Part shown: positions 46,246 to 57,233 of the stretch, piece by piece
How positions within the stretch are numbered: the stretch's first letter is position 1
How the letters are laid out: the number at the start of each line of letters is the position of its first letter
DNA from: Candidatus Eiseniibacteriota bacterium
Lineage (GTDB): Bacteria; Eisenbacteria; RBG-16-71-46; CAZEPH01
Reading direction: 5' to 3'
Length of the DNA: 64,000 nucleotides
NCBI GenBank assembly: GCA_044229145.1
Contig: JBGATO010000001.1
Location: forward strand, 1 to 64,000
Notes under the pieces: generated by a model
The model's database searches: none
What the model saw: the letters and a program-made list of their open reading frames with translations, nothing else
What the model was told of the DNA's origin: nothing
Translations under genes and position numbers: made by a program

Positions 46246-47534
46246 GTCGTGTGCGCGGGCAAACCCGATGTCTGCCCGATGTCACGGCGATACTGCATGC
46301 CGTCGAAGTGGATGGCGTCGATGCGGCGCTCCGCCGCGGCGCGCGCCGCGGCGGCGGTCACGCCGCGCCCGGTGACGGCCAGCACGCGGCCTCCGGCGAC
46401 GCGGAGGATGCCATCGTCGTCCCGGCGGGTGCCGGCGTGGAACACCAGCGCGTCGCCGTCGCCCGCCGGACCGTCGGCGCCCACGATGGCGGCGCCGGCG
46501 CGCGGGGCGTCCGGGTAGCCCTCGGTCGCCACCACCACCGTGTGGGCGAAGCCGTCGCGGACCGTCACCGCCGCGCGCTGCAGTTCGCCGCGCGCCGCCG
46601 CTTCGAACGCGTCGGTAACCTCGGGAGCGAGCAGCGGCAGGACTGCCTCGGCCTCGGGATCCCCGAAGCGACAGTTGTACTCGATGACACGCGGCCCGTC
46701 AGCCGTCCACATGAGGCCGACGTAGAGCACCCCGACGAACCGCCGGTCTTCGGACGCCAGGCCGCGCAGGGTCGGCGCCACGATGGTCCGCTCGACGAGC
46801 GCCAGGTCCGCGGCGGTCACGTCCGGCAGCGGCGCCACCACGCCCATGCCGCCGGTGTTCGGGCCGCGGTCGCCGTCCAGGAGCCGCTTGTGGTCGCGGG
46901 CGGCCGGAAGCAGCCGCCACGTCTCCCCGTCGGTGAGTGCGAGCACGGTACACTCCGGGCCGCGCAGGCACTCCTCGATGACGAGCGTGTCGCCGGCCTC
47001 GCCGAGCGTGCGGTCCTCGAGGAGGGATGTCACCACGGCGTCGGCCTCGGCACGCGTGGCGCAGACGAACGCACCCTTGCCCGCCGCCAACCCGCTCGCC
47101 TTCACCACCACCGGGGCGCCAAAGCGATCCACGGCCGCCCGCGCGGCCGCCGCGCTGTCGCACACCGCGAACCCGGCGGTGGGGATCGCGTGCCGCGCCA
47201 TGAATTCCTTCGCCCAGGCTTTGGAGCCTTCGATGGCAGCAGCACGCGCCGACGGGCCGAAGACCGGCACGCCCGCGGCACGCAACGCGTCCGCGACACC
47301 CCGCACCAACGGCGCCTCGGGACCGACGATCGCCCACGACACGCCGTGGGACGTGGCCAGGCCCGCGATGGCGTCGAGATCGCCCATCTGGCACGGCACG
47401 ATGTCCGCGCCCTCGGCCGCGATGCCGGGATTGCCCGGCGCATTCAGCAGTCGCGCCGACGGAGCGCCGCGGCGCAGCGTCCACGCCAATGTGTGCTCTC
47501 GACCGCCACCGCCCAACAACAGCACCGCACTCAT
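46242..47534 (-). CDS. purD: Phosphoribosylamine--glycine ligase
   Basis: 'GGGGREH', 'VGPEAPL', 'EGSK', 'GLAAGKG', 'NTGGMG', 'RFGDPE'. Confidence 0.95.
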   Translation of the reverse strand: MSAVLLLGGGGREHTLAWTLRRGAPSARLLNAPGNPGIAAEGADIVPCQMGDLDAIAGLATSHGVSWAIVGPEAPLVRGVADALRAAGVPVFGPSARAAAIEGSKAWAKEFMARHAIPTAGFAVCDSAAAARAAVDRFGAPVVVKASGLAAGKGAFVCATRAEADAVVTSLLEDRTLGEAGDTLVIEECLRGPECTVLALTDGETWRLLPAARDHKRLLDGDRGPNTGGMGVVAPLPDVTAADLALVERTIVAPTLRGLASEDRRFVGVLYVGLMWTADGPRVIEYNCRFGDPEAEAVLPLLAPEVTDAFEAAARGELQRAAVTVRDGFAHTVVVATEGYPDAPRAGAAIVGADGPAGDGDALVFHAGTRRDDDGILRVAGGRVLAVTGRGVTAAAARAAAERRIDAIHFDGMQYRRDIGQTSGLPAHTT

Positions 47535-48976
47535 CCGGCGAGTTCCTCCTTCAGCACGCGCTGCAGCACGTCAGGGTGTGCGCGGCCGCGCGTCGCCTTC
47601 ATGGTTTGGCCGATGAAGAACTGGAACACCTTGTCCTGGCCGCTGCGATACTGCGCCAGCTGTGACGGACTCGAGGCCAGCACCTCGCGCACCGCGGCGC
47701 GCAGCGCTTCCGGATCGGCAATCTGGGTCAGCCCCTTCGCCGCGACGATGGCGCGCGGACTGCCGCCGCCCGCCACCATTTCTTCGAAGACTTCCTTCGC
47801 CACCTTGCCGTTGACGGTGCCGTCCTCGAGCAGGAGCAACAACTCGGTGAGCGCCGCGGCCGAGACCGGGATGTCCGACGCCTTCACGCCGCGGCCGGTG
47901 ATCACGCGGCGCAGCTCGGTCATGATCCAGTTGCTCGCTTGCTTGGGCGGCACGCCGCCTGCCACCACGGTCTCGAAGTAGTCGGCCAGCGTCCGTGTGT
48001 CGGCGAGGATCGCCGCATCGTACGCCGGGAGCCCGTAGGCGGTCTCGAACCGCTCCTCGCGCGCCCACGGCAGTTCAGGCATCTCGGCCCGCACCGCGTC
48101 GATCCAGGCGCGACTGACCCGCAGCGGCGGCAAGTCAGGCTCCGGGAAGTAGCGGTAGTCGTGCGCGTCTTCCTTCGTCCGCATCACCTCGCAGCGGTCG
48201 GTGGCGGGGTCGTAGAGCAACGTCGCCTGCTGCACCGTGCCGCCGGCTTCCAACACGCCGACCTGGCGCTCTGCCTCGAAGGCGAGCGCGCGCTCGACGT
48301 GACGGAACGAGTTGAGGTTCTTGATCTCGGTGCGCGTGCCGAACGGCGTGCCCGGCAGGTGGACCGAGACGTTGGCGTCGGCACGCAGCGAACCTTCCTC
48401 CATGTTGCCGTCGCTGATGCCGAGATACTGCACCAACTGCCGCAACGCGGTGAGGTACGCGCCGGCTTCTTCTGGCGATCGCATCACCGGCTCGGTGACG
48501 ATCTCACACAGCGGCGTCCCGGCGCGATTGAGATCGATGCCGGTCACCTGCTCGTGGTGATCGTGTTCGGGATGCAGCGACTTGCCGGCATCCTCCTCGA
48601 GGTGCACGCGCACCAGCGGCACGTCGCGGCGCTCGCCGCGCAACCGCGACACGATGCGGCCGCCAGTGGCGATCGGCTTGTCGTACTGCGAGATCTGATA
48701 GCCCTTTGGCAGATCGGGATAGAAGTAGTTCTTGCGCGACCACACCGATTCCTCGTGGATCTCGGCGCCCACCGCGAGGAGCAGCTTGAGCGCGAGATCG
48801 ATGGCGTGGCGGTTGGGCACCGGCAGCGCGCCCGGCAGTCCAAGACACGTCGGACACACATGCGTGTTCGGGGCGACCCCGAACCGCGTCGAGCAGCGGC
48901 AGAACATCTTCGTCGCGGTGAGCAACTGCACGTGGGTTTCGATGCCGATGACGATTTCGTATCCGCGCAGCAGCAT
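47531..48976 (-). CDS. gatB: Asp/Glu-tRNA amidotransferase subunit B
   Basis: 'IGIETHVQL', 'RKNYFYPDLPKGYQISQ', 'EEDAGK', 'YRYFPEPDL'. Confidence 0.97.
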   Translation of the reverse strand: MLLRGYEIVIGIETHVQLLTATKMFCRCSTRFGVAPNTHVCPTCLGLPGALPVPNRHAIDLALKLLLAVGAEIHEESVWSRKNYFYPDLPKGYQISQYDKPIATGGRIVSRLRGERRDVPLVRVHLEEDAGKSLHPEHDHHEQVTGIDLNRAGTPLCEIVTEPVMRSPEEAGAYLTALRQLVQYLGISDGNMEEGSLRADANVSVHLPGTPFGTRTEIKNLNSFRHVERALAFEAERQVGVLEAGGTVQQATLLYDPATDRCEVMRTKEDAHDYRYFPEPDLPPLRVSRAWIDAVRAEMPELPWAREERFETAYGLPAYDAAILADTRTLADYFETVVAGGVPPKQASNWIMTELRRVITGRGVKASDIPVSAAALTELLLLLEDGTVNGKVAKEVFEEMVAGGGSPRAIVAAKGLTQIADPEALRAAVREVLASSPSQLAQYRSGQDKVFQFFIGQTMKATRGRAHPDVLQRVLKEELAG

Positions 48977-50448
48977 CACGCCTGCCCTCCGCGCGGCGCG
49001 CAAACCCGGACGCCTCGTGCCAGCTGCGCTTCGAGCGCCGCCGCGACGCGGAACGCCATCGTGTCGTCCCCGCGGCGCGCCATGATCTGCGTCCCGATTG
49101 GCAGGCCGTCGCGAGACTCCCCCGCCGGCACGCTGATCGCCGGCAGCCCGGCGAGATTCGCCGGGATCGTGTAGAGGTCGGTGAGATACATGGCGAGCGG
49201 ATCGCTGAGGCGCTCGCCGAGACGGAAGGCGGGGGTCGGCACCACCGGGAGCACCAGCGCGTCGACGCGCGCAAACGCTTCGTCGAAGTCGCGCCGAATC
49301 AAGGAGCGCACCTGCTGCGCCTTGGTGTAGTAAGCGTCGTAGTAGCCGGCGCTCAGGGCGAACGTGCCGAGCATGATGCGTCGCCGCACCTCGGCGCCGA
49401 ACTGCGCCCGCGTGGCACCGTACATTGCGCGCAATTCGTCGGCCGTGACCCGCGGGCCATAGCGCACGCCGTCGAAGCGCGCGAGGTTCGCCGAGGCTTC
49501 CGCGGTCGCCACGATGTAGTAGACGGCGACGCTGTGCGAGACGTGCGGCAATGTGATGTCGACGATCTCCATGCCGCTTTCCCGCAGCGCCGCGATCGAG
49601 CGCTCGAGCACCGCGCGCACGTCGTCATCGAGGCCATCGCCAAGAAGGTCGCGCGGCACACCGAGCCGCAGGCCGTACGGCGCGGCGTCGAGCGCCGCGA
49701 GATCGACCGCATGAGGCGCTGCCCACGACGTCGCATCGCGCTCGTCGTGTCCGCCGATGATGTTCGCGAGCAACGCCGCGTCACGCACGTCGCGGGTGAG
49801 CGGCCCGATCTGGTCCAGCGACGAGCCGAAGGCGACGAGCCCGAAGCGCGACACCCGGCCATAGGTCGGCTTGTAGCCGACCACGCCGCAAAACGATGCC
49901 GGCTCGCGCACCGAACCGCCGGTGTCGGAGCCGAGGGCGAGCGGCGCGGCGCCGCTCGCCACCGCGGCTGCCGAGCCGCCACTCGATCCCCCCGGCACGT
50001 GGTCCGGCGACCACGGGTTGCGCACCACACCATAGGCGCTGTTCTCGTTGGACGAGCCCATCGCGAATTCGTCCATGTTCGTCTTGCCGAGCAACGGCAA
50101 GCCGGCGTGGCGCAGCCGGGTCACCACGGTGGCGTCGTACGGCGGCACGTACCCGCGCAGCATGCGCGACCCGCAGGTGGTTTCGATACCCTGCGTGACG
50201 ATGTTGTCCTTGAGCGCCACCGGGACACCGGCGAGCGGGCCAAGGGTCTCGCCGCGCGCCCGCGCCGCATCGACGGCGCGCGCGGCGTCGAGACAGGCCT
50301 CGCCGGTCAGCTGCAGGAAGGCGCCGGTCGCGGCGTTGTGCGCCGCCGCGGTGTCGAGCGCCTGTCGTGCCACCGCGTCGGCCGTCACGTCCCCCGCGGC
50401 GATGTGGCGCGCCACCGCATGCGCCGGCAACTGCGTGAGATCCATCAT
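48976..50448 (-). CDS. gatA: Asp/Glu-tRNA amidotransferase subunit A
   Basis: 'KDNI', 'GGSSGGS', 'GSDTGGSVR', 'RRRIMLGT'. Confidence 0.96.
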   Translation of the reverse strand: MMDLTQLPAHAVARHIAAGDVTADAVARQALDTAAAHNAATGAFLQLTGEACLDAARAVDAARARGETLGPLAGVPVALKDNIVTQGIETTCGSRMLRGYVPPYDATVVTRLRHAGLPLLGKTNMDEFAMGSSNENSAYGVVRNPWSPDHVPGGSSGGSAAAVASGAAPLALGSDTGGSVREPASFCGVVGYKPTYGRVSRFGLVAFGSSLDQIGPLTRDVRDAALLANIIGGHDERDATSWAAPHAVDLAALDAAPYGLRLGVPRDLLGDGLDDDVRAVLERSIAALRESGMEIVDITLPHVSHSVAVYYIVATAEASANLARFDGVRYGPRVTADELRAMYGATRAQFGAEVRRRIMLGTFALSAGYYDAYYTKAQQVRSLIRRDFDEAFARVDALVLPVVPTPAFRLGERLSDPLAMYLTDLYTIPANLAGLPAISVPAGESRDGLPIGTQIMARRGDDTMAFRVAAALEAQLARGVRVCAPRGGQA

Positions 50449-50470
50449 TCTCCTCTCGCGCTCCGGGTGC

Positions 50471-50761
50471 CTACACGACCCGCGGGACGCGGAACACACC
50501 CGTCGTCGCGTCGGCATCGGGCGCCGCGGCGAGCACCGCGTCGCGCGACAGCGGAGGCCGCACGACATCGTCGGCCAGCACGTCGTGGTCGCCGGGCGCG
50601 TGCAATGCCGGCCCGACGCCGGTGGTGTCCACCGCCTGCAACGACTCGATGTGCGTCAAGATGTGATTCAGTTCGGCGGCGAGATGGGTTTCCTCGTCCG
50701 CTGTCAGCTGCAGGTGCGCGAGCGTCGCGACGCGGCGCACGGTGTCGAGATCGAGTGCCAT
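50471..50761 (-). CDS. gatC: Asp/Glu-tRNA amidotransferase subunit C
   Basis: 96 aa; 'VATLAHL', 'FRVPRVV'; upstream of gatA. Confidence 0.92.
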   Translation of the reverse strand: MALDLDTVRRVATLAHLQLTADEETHLAAELNHILTHIESLQAVDTTGVGPALHAPGDHDVLADDVVRPPLSRDAVLAAAPDADATTGVFRVPRVV

Positions 50762-50776
50762 CGCTCCTCCGGGAGT

Positions 50777-53155
50777 CTAGTCGGTCGCGCGGCGCACGAA
50801 GCGCGCCATCACCTTCTTGCGTCCGACCTGCGCGAACTGGATCGAGAGCCGCGTGTCGCCACCGGCGTCTTCGCGCCCGACGACTACACCGCGCCCGAAT
50901 GTCTTGTGCTCGACCGCCTCGCCGACACGCGGCGCGCCACTATCCTCGACGACCTCGCCACTGTCGACGCCATCCTCGTAGATCAGCACGCGGCCGTCGT
51001 CGCGCCGTTCGATGCGCGGGCGCGGCGTCTCGGGTGCGTCCCAGCCGGGCGCATTCCAGCGCGTGGCGTGCCGGCGCATGCCGAGGTCGCGCGTCTCGAG
51101 CAACGACTCCGGCAGGTCCTCGACGAAACGTGACAGTCGACACGGCATGCGGCGGTCGAATCGCCGCCGCTCGCCGGCCGCGAGCAGATACACGACGCGT
51201 TCGGCGCGCGTCACGGCGACGTAGAACAATCGCCGCTCCTCCTCCATCTCGCGCGGGTCATCCAATGCCGTAATGTGCGGGAACAACCCTTCTTCCACGC
51301 CGGTGACGATGACGGCGGGATATTCGAGGCCCTTGGCGGTGTGGACCGTCATCATGACGACACGGTCTTCCTCGCCGGCCAGCGAATCGGCATGCGACAT
51401 CAGGGTCGCTTCGGCCAGAAACCCTTCGAGCGTCGGGTCGCCGGTTTCTTCCATCGAGTGCGCGGCGGCGGCCACCAATTCCTCGACGTTTTCGAGGCGC
51501 GCGACGGCTTCCTCGCCCTCGGCGGTGAGAGCCGTGAGATAGCCGCTGCGGTCGAGCACGAATCGCACGAGATCGGGCACCGCGCGATCCAGCATGCCGC
51601 GCATCTCGGCGATCATCGCGCCGAATTTCATCAGTTTGCCGGCACCAGTGCCGAGCGCCGCCGGCATGTCCGGGTGCCCGAGCGCCTCCAGCATCGAGAG
51701 GCCACGGCTCGCGGCGAACTGCCGCACACGGTCCACCGACGTGTCGCCGATCCCGCGTTTCGGGGTGTTGACGGCACGCGCGAAGGCAACGTCGTCGCGT
51801 GGATTGACGAGCAGGCGCAAGTACGCCAGCACGTCCTTGACTTCGCGCCGCTCGTAGAACGCGACGCCGCCGACCAGCTGATACGGAATCGCGGCGCGCC
51901 GCAGGCCGTCTTCCACCGCACGGCTCTGCGCGTGCGTCCGGTACAGCACGAGGATCTGGCCGCGCCGCAATGCGTGCCGCTCGGTGATCTCCTCGACGAG
52001 ATCGGCCACCAAATGACCTTCGGTTTCCTCGTCGGTGGTAAGCAGGAGGTGCACCGGTTCGCCCTGCGCGTTGGTGGTCCACAGCTTCTTGTCGCGGCGC
52101 GACTCGATGCGCGCCACCACCGCGTGCGCGACGTCGAGAATGCGCTGCGTCGAGCGATAGTTCTGCTCCAGACGCAGCACCGTCGCGTCGGGGTAGGTCT
52201 CCTCGAACGACAGGATGTTGGTGATGTCGGCGCCGCGCCAGGAATAGATCGCCTGATCGTCGTCGCCCACCACCGCCAGGTTGCGATGGCCCGAGGCCAG
52301 CGCCGTGATGAGCTGGTACTGCGCGCGGTTGGTATCCTGATATTCGTCGACCAGGACGTGCAGGAAGCGCCGCGCGTAGCGCTCGCGCACCTCCGGCGCG
52401 CGGCGAAACAATTCCAGCGTCTCGAGGATGATGTCGTCGAAGTCCAGCGCGCCGGCGTCGTGCAACCGTGTCTGGTAGGCGCGGTAGGCGCGCGCGACGC
52501 CTTGCGCGAACGGCGTGTACGACGTCTCGGCGTACTCGTCGGCGGTGACCATGCGGTTCTTGGCGTCGGAGATCGCGCGCCCCACCGCGCCGGGACGGAA
52601 CTGGCCGTCCGGCAGCGCGAGATCGGCGATCACGCGGCGCAGCACGCTCTGCTGATCGTCGGTGTCATAGATGACGAAGCCGCGCGGGATGCCGATCGTC
52701 TCGCCATCTCGCCGCAGGATGCGCGTGCAGATGCGGTGGAAAGTCCCGATCCACAGATCTGCGGCGGCGGCGCCGAGGCGGCGCTCGATGCGCGCCTTCA
52801 TCTCGTTCGCGGCCTTGTTGGTGAAGGTGAAGGCGCAGATCTCCCACGGCCGCACGCCCTGCTCGTGGATCAGCCACGCGATGCGTTCGGTGAGCACGCG
52901 CGTCTTGCCGCTGCCGGCGCCGGCGAGGATCAGAAGCGGCGAGCCGAGGTGCGTGACGGCGCGTTCCTGCACGTCGTTGAGCGGAATGCGCGGTTCTGGT
53001 TCATGCAACGGCGGCGCGGCGGCGCGTTCCGGGACGTCCCACGGATCCGGCGGCAGGGCGCGCGGCGGTACGTCCGGCGCGGGCGACGGATCGGGCGGCG
53101 TGTCGTCCGCGGCACGCGCGAACAAGGGCAGGAACGAGGATGCATCGTGCGGCAT
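50777..53155 (-). CDS. pcrA: UvrD/PcrA SF1 DNA helicase
   Basis: 'LAGAGSGKT', 'VDEYQDTN', 'LEQNYRST', 'HTAKGLE', 'EEERRLFYVAVTRA', C-terminal Tudor-like 'HKTFGRG'. Confidence 0.95.
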   Translation of the reverse strand: MPHDASSFLPLFARAADDTPPDPSPAPDVPPRALPPDPWDVPERAAAPPLHEPEPRIPLNDVQERAVTHLGSPLLILAGAGSGKTRVLTERIAWLIHEQGVRPWEICAFTFTNKAANEMKARIERRLGAAAADLWIGTFHRICTRILRRDGETIGIPRGFVIYDTDDQQSVLRRVIADLALPDGQFRPGAVGRAISDAKNRMVTADEYAETSYTPFAQGVARAYRAYQTRLHDAGALDFDDIILETLELFRRAPEVRERYARRFLHVLVDEYQDTNRAQYQLITALASGHRNLAVVGDDDQAIYSWRGADITNILSFEETYPDATVLRLEQNYRSTQRILDVAHAVVARIESRRDKKLWTTNAQGEPVHLLLTTDEETEGHLVADLVEEITERHALRRGQILVLYRTHAQSRAVEDGLRRAAIPYQLVGGVAFYERREVKDVLAYLRLLVNPRDDVAFARAVNTPKRGIGDTSVDRVRQFAASRGLSMLEALGHPDMPAALGTGAGKLMKFGAMIAEMRGMLDRAVPDLVRFVLDRSGYLTALTAEGEEAVARLENVEELVAAAAHSMEETGDPTLEGFLAEATLMSHADSLAGEEDRVVMMTVHTAKGLEYPAVIVTGVEEGLFPHITALDDPREMEEERRLFYVAVTRAERVVYLLAAGERRRFDRRMPCRLSRFVEDLPESLLETRDLGMRRHATRWNAPGWDAPETPRPRIERRDDGRVLIYEDGVDSGEVVEDSGAPRVGEAVEHKTFGRGVVVGREDAGGDTRLSIQFAQVGRKKVMARFVRRATD

Positions 53156-53220
53156 GGCGCGCAGTGTAGCCGACGGCCCGGCGCGCCGCCAGAAGCCTGA
53201 CGGGCGCCGCGGGACCGCGC

Positions 53221-56200
53221 CTAGAACTCCTTGCGTGCCTTGAGGCCGACCCGCACCGCGCCGTTCTGCGTCGTGGTGCTGGACGTCGAGGTAGCGTCCT
53301 GTGACGTGCGCGTGTATTGCCCGTGCAGCAAGATGCGGTTGGTGAGCCAATACTCGATCGAGACGTCCGATTCCGAGGTCGACAAGCCTTGCTGGTAGTT
53401 GACGAACAACTCGTTTGCCAGGTACTTGCCCACCGAGATGCGCGATTGGCCGCTGGTGTAGTCGACGTCGAACACATCGAGCAGTCCGGTGTCGCGCAGC
53501 ACCGAGCGCTCGAGCTGGCGAATGAGCACGTTGGTGCCGACGTCGGTGACGTTTTGCGTGTACTGCGCGGCCGCGGACTTGCCGCTGGCGTCTTGCGAGA
53601 TGCTCGTCAGCTTACCGTAGCTCAGAGCCTTGACGATCTCCTCGCGCGACATACCGGGCGCTTCGAGGCCGACTTCCGGCGTCAATTGCTTGCCGCCGAG
53701 CGTGAGCTGGACGGTGCTCGGCTGCCGGTTCTTGTCACGGATCTTCGCCTCCGCCTTGATGGCGAGTGCCGGGTTGATCTCGCCCGCGCTGAACGTGACG
53801 GTGCCCTCCACGCCGGAGAAGCGTGTGTCGAAGAAGCGATAGTAACCGCGCGTCAGCTTCAGCGTGCCGACGATCGCCGGGATGCCAGCGTAGGTCAGCG
53901 AGGTCTGCACATCGACCTGCATCTCGATGTTGGCGTCGCGGTTGGCGAGCAGGATGTTGCGCTCGCCTGTGAGGTGCACGTCGAAGGTCATGGCCGGCGT
54001 TGGCACTTGGTAGACGCCGATGAGCGCCGGGTCGGTGCCGGTGTTCTGGTTGAATTCCCAGACGATGCGCGCATCGTCGACGTGCGCGGCGCCGATCAGT
54101 TTCGGCGTGAACATGGTGGGCGCGTCGGCGTCGCGGACCAAGTGGAGGATGCCGCTGACGTGGCCGTTGAACATGCCAGGCTGGCTGATCCAGAAGTTGC
54201 GCACGTCGGTGCGGAAGTCGTAGCGCGTCGGTTCGCCGCGCGCCCACGACATGCGGCCGGCCAGGCTCACGCGGCCTTCTCCCGCGTCGCCGCTCAGCGA
54301 CGTGATCTCGAGGCCGTGGCCGTTGATCGCGACATCGCCGGCGATGTGGCTGATGACTTCCTCGCGGCCGAAGCCGCGCAATTGTCCGTCGCGCACGTGC
54401 AGGGCACCGGTGGCGGTCGGCGCGTGCGGATCGCCGCGCAGCGCGACATTCCCCGACATCGTGCCGGCGGCATCGCCGAGCACTGGCACCAACGCCGGCA
54501 GCGCCGTCATGTCGAAGGCCGGGAGATCGGCGGCGATGTCGAGGCCCGCGGAGCCCACGGTGAGGCCGCGCGGGATATCGAGCCACGCCGGCACAACGCC
54601 GCGCAGCACCGCGCGCTCCCCGCTGCGGTGCACGACTACTGAGTCGAGCGTCACGCCTGCCGGCAGGGCCCCGCCGTTCTGCCAGCGGCCGTCGGCGATC
54701 AAGCTGTCGCTCACGAACTCGCGCGCGCTGAAGCCGGCTGCGCGCGCACGCCACGCGAGGTCTGGACGGGCCAGCGTGCCGCGCACCGTCATGTCCGCCA
54801 CCAACTGGCCGCCCACCGGCACGGTGAGCTGGCGCACGCCGCGCGTCCACGCGCCGAGATCCAGACGATTCGTCCACACGTGGGCATCGCAGCTGACCGC
54901 GTGCAACGCACTCCACTGCTGCGCCATCAACGACTCCGGCACGCCGGGCGCGTACGAGAAGACGCCGGCGGCGCGCAGGTCGCCGCCGTCGCCGGCACGC
55001 AGCCACAGCGAGTCGAGGCGCGCGACGCGCCCCGCGATGTCGCACCACAGGCTGCCTTCGGTGACCGCGATATCGGCGGAGGCCGAGTCGGTGTGCGCGC
55101 TGAGATGCACCCGCGCGTCCGGGTTCGCGGTGGCGCCGGCAAGCCTGATCTCGCCGCCGAGCCGGCCGCGCCAGTACGGGCTGTCACCGTCGCGGCGCGG
55201 CGTTGCCACCGGCACGTCGGTGAGCACAAAGCTGCCGTGCACGCGATCCGCCGGACCGAAGACGAGTTCAGCCGCGCGAAGCTCGCCGCCGCGCGCCGCG
55301 ACCACACGCCACGGCAAGAAGCTCGTGATGCCCCCGCGCGTCACGAAGCGCAGCGGCGCATCCGCCACCTGCCACGTCTCACCCGCGAGCACGACGCGCG
55401 CGGTGTCGATGTCGACGGTCGTAATCCCGCCGTCGGCGTGCGCGCGGCCGGTGATCAGCGTATCGGCGTGCACACCGTGCACGCGGAACGCGGCGTCGGC
55501 GATGGTGCCCACCGTCTGCAACGTCGCGCTCGCGAACGGTGCATGCTGGCCGGCGAACATCACGCCGCTGGCATCCACGGTCATGTGCACGCGTGTGGGT
55601 CCCCCGCCGAACTCGGCGACGAACTCGCCGATGCGCGCGGTCTCGCCCTGCATGTCGAGGAACCGCGCGCCGCGCAGAGTGCCACTGGCGCTCAGCGACG
55701 ACGTGGCGAGCGGGCCGGTCGCACGTCCGCTCGCCGTGCCGGAGCCCCCAAGCGGCCCGGGAATGCCGAAGCACGCGGCGAACGCGCCGAGATCCCCGAT
55801 GGTCGCCGTGTACGGCAAGTCGAGCACCGTGCCACGCACCACCACGGAGCCGCTCGCCTCCACCCGGGCGCCGGGGAACTGCAGCGCGAGGCCGGCGACG
55901 CGCACCACGCCGGAATCGAGCGTCGCGGTGCCGCTCAGGCCAAGCAGACGGCGCCCTTCGATCTCCGTCGCGCCGGCGCGAAACGCGGTGGTGAACGGCC
56001 CGCTCCAGTTTCCGTCGAAGGTCGCATCGACACCGCCGGCGCGCAGCTTCGGCAGAGTGACGCGACGCGCGATCGCTTGCGGCAGCGACGGCGTGTCGAG
56101 ATCCCCCCGCACGTGCAACGTGGCGCGCCGGCGCCGCGGGTCGATCTCGCCGGTGAGCGCGGCGACGCGCGTCGCGCCGGTGAGCCGCGCGCTCGCCTGG

Positions 56201-57233
56201 TCGACGCGCCACACGCGCGCGCGCCGCGCGTGGCATTGAGACGCAACGAATCCGCGCGCGCGTCCTCGAACCGGATGCCGCCGCGCGCCGCGACGCGCTG
56301 CTGTTCGCCGCGGCGCACCAGTGTGAGATCGCCGCGCCAGCCGGCATCCGGCAAGCGCCGCGCCGCGAGCACGCCGAGCGCCGCCAGCGAGTCGATCGCG
56401 CCGGCGACGCGCACGCTGTCCGCGCGGCCCGGCGTCGCGACGACGCCGCTGGCGTCCAGCGTCAGGTGCGGGCCGGCGATCCGCAGCACGTCGATCTGCC
56501 GCACCGCGCCGACCCACGCGGTTGCCTCGGCACGGTAGCGGCCGCCGCCCGGACATCGCGCGCGGAGGCTGTCGACGCGTAGCCATTCCCCGCGCCCCGC
56601 GCCACGCACCGCGAACACCGCCTGCCGGGCCGATGGGGCGCCGGCCCGCTGGTTGTCGTAGTGCAGGCCGGCCGACAGGTCGTCCGCGAACCAGACCGGA
56701 TGCGCGTCCGCGTGTCGGAACGTGAGGGTGCCGTGCCGCGCCACGACGTCGGCGCGCAGCGGTTTCGGCGGGCCCGCGTTCGCCGGACGCGGCGTGCCCC
56801 CGAAATGCGGCGTGCGCCACTTCCCGGTCGAGTCTTGCCACACCGTCACCGCGAGCGAATCCGCGTCGATGGCAAGCCGCGTCTCGCCCCACAGGAACAG
56901 CCCGCCGACCGTCACCGACACCTGCGAGCTGTGCGCCGCCGGACGCCAGACGCCATCGACACGATAGTCGAGCCGGACGTCGCCCACAGTCAGCCGCGGG
57001 CCGCGCAACGCGAGCACCTTCCCGACGCGCAGCCGCGTGTCCCCGCTCTGAATGACGCGCTGGGTCAGTGCCTGACTGACCTGTTCGGCGCCGCGCTTCG
57101 AAGTGAGCCACGCGTAGCCCGGCAGCGCCAGCAGCACGAACGCGAACATGACGCACGCCAGCACCACCAGCACCCAGCTGCGGCGGCGGCGCGGACGCGG
57201 CGGAGGGGCAGCGGTGGCCGGCGGCGTGTTCAT
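53221..57233 (-). CDS. tamB: TamB-like (AsmA family) protein, frameshifted near 56214-56224
   Basis: N-terminal TM anchor from ATG 57233 in one frame; long beta-rich body and TamB-like C-terminus ('VGKYL...YQQ...IEYWL') in another frame; ATG overlaps the stop of the Omp85 gene. Confidence 0.72.
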
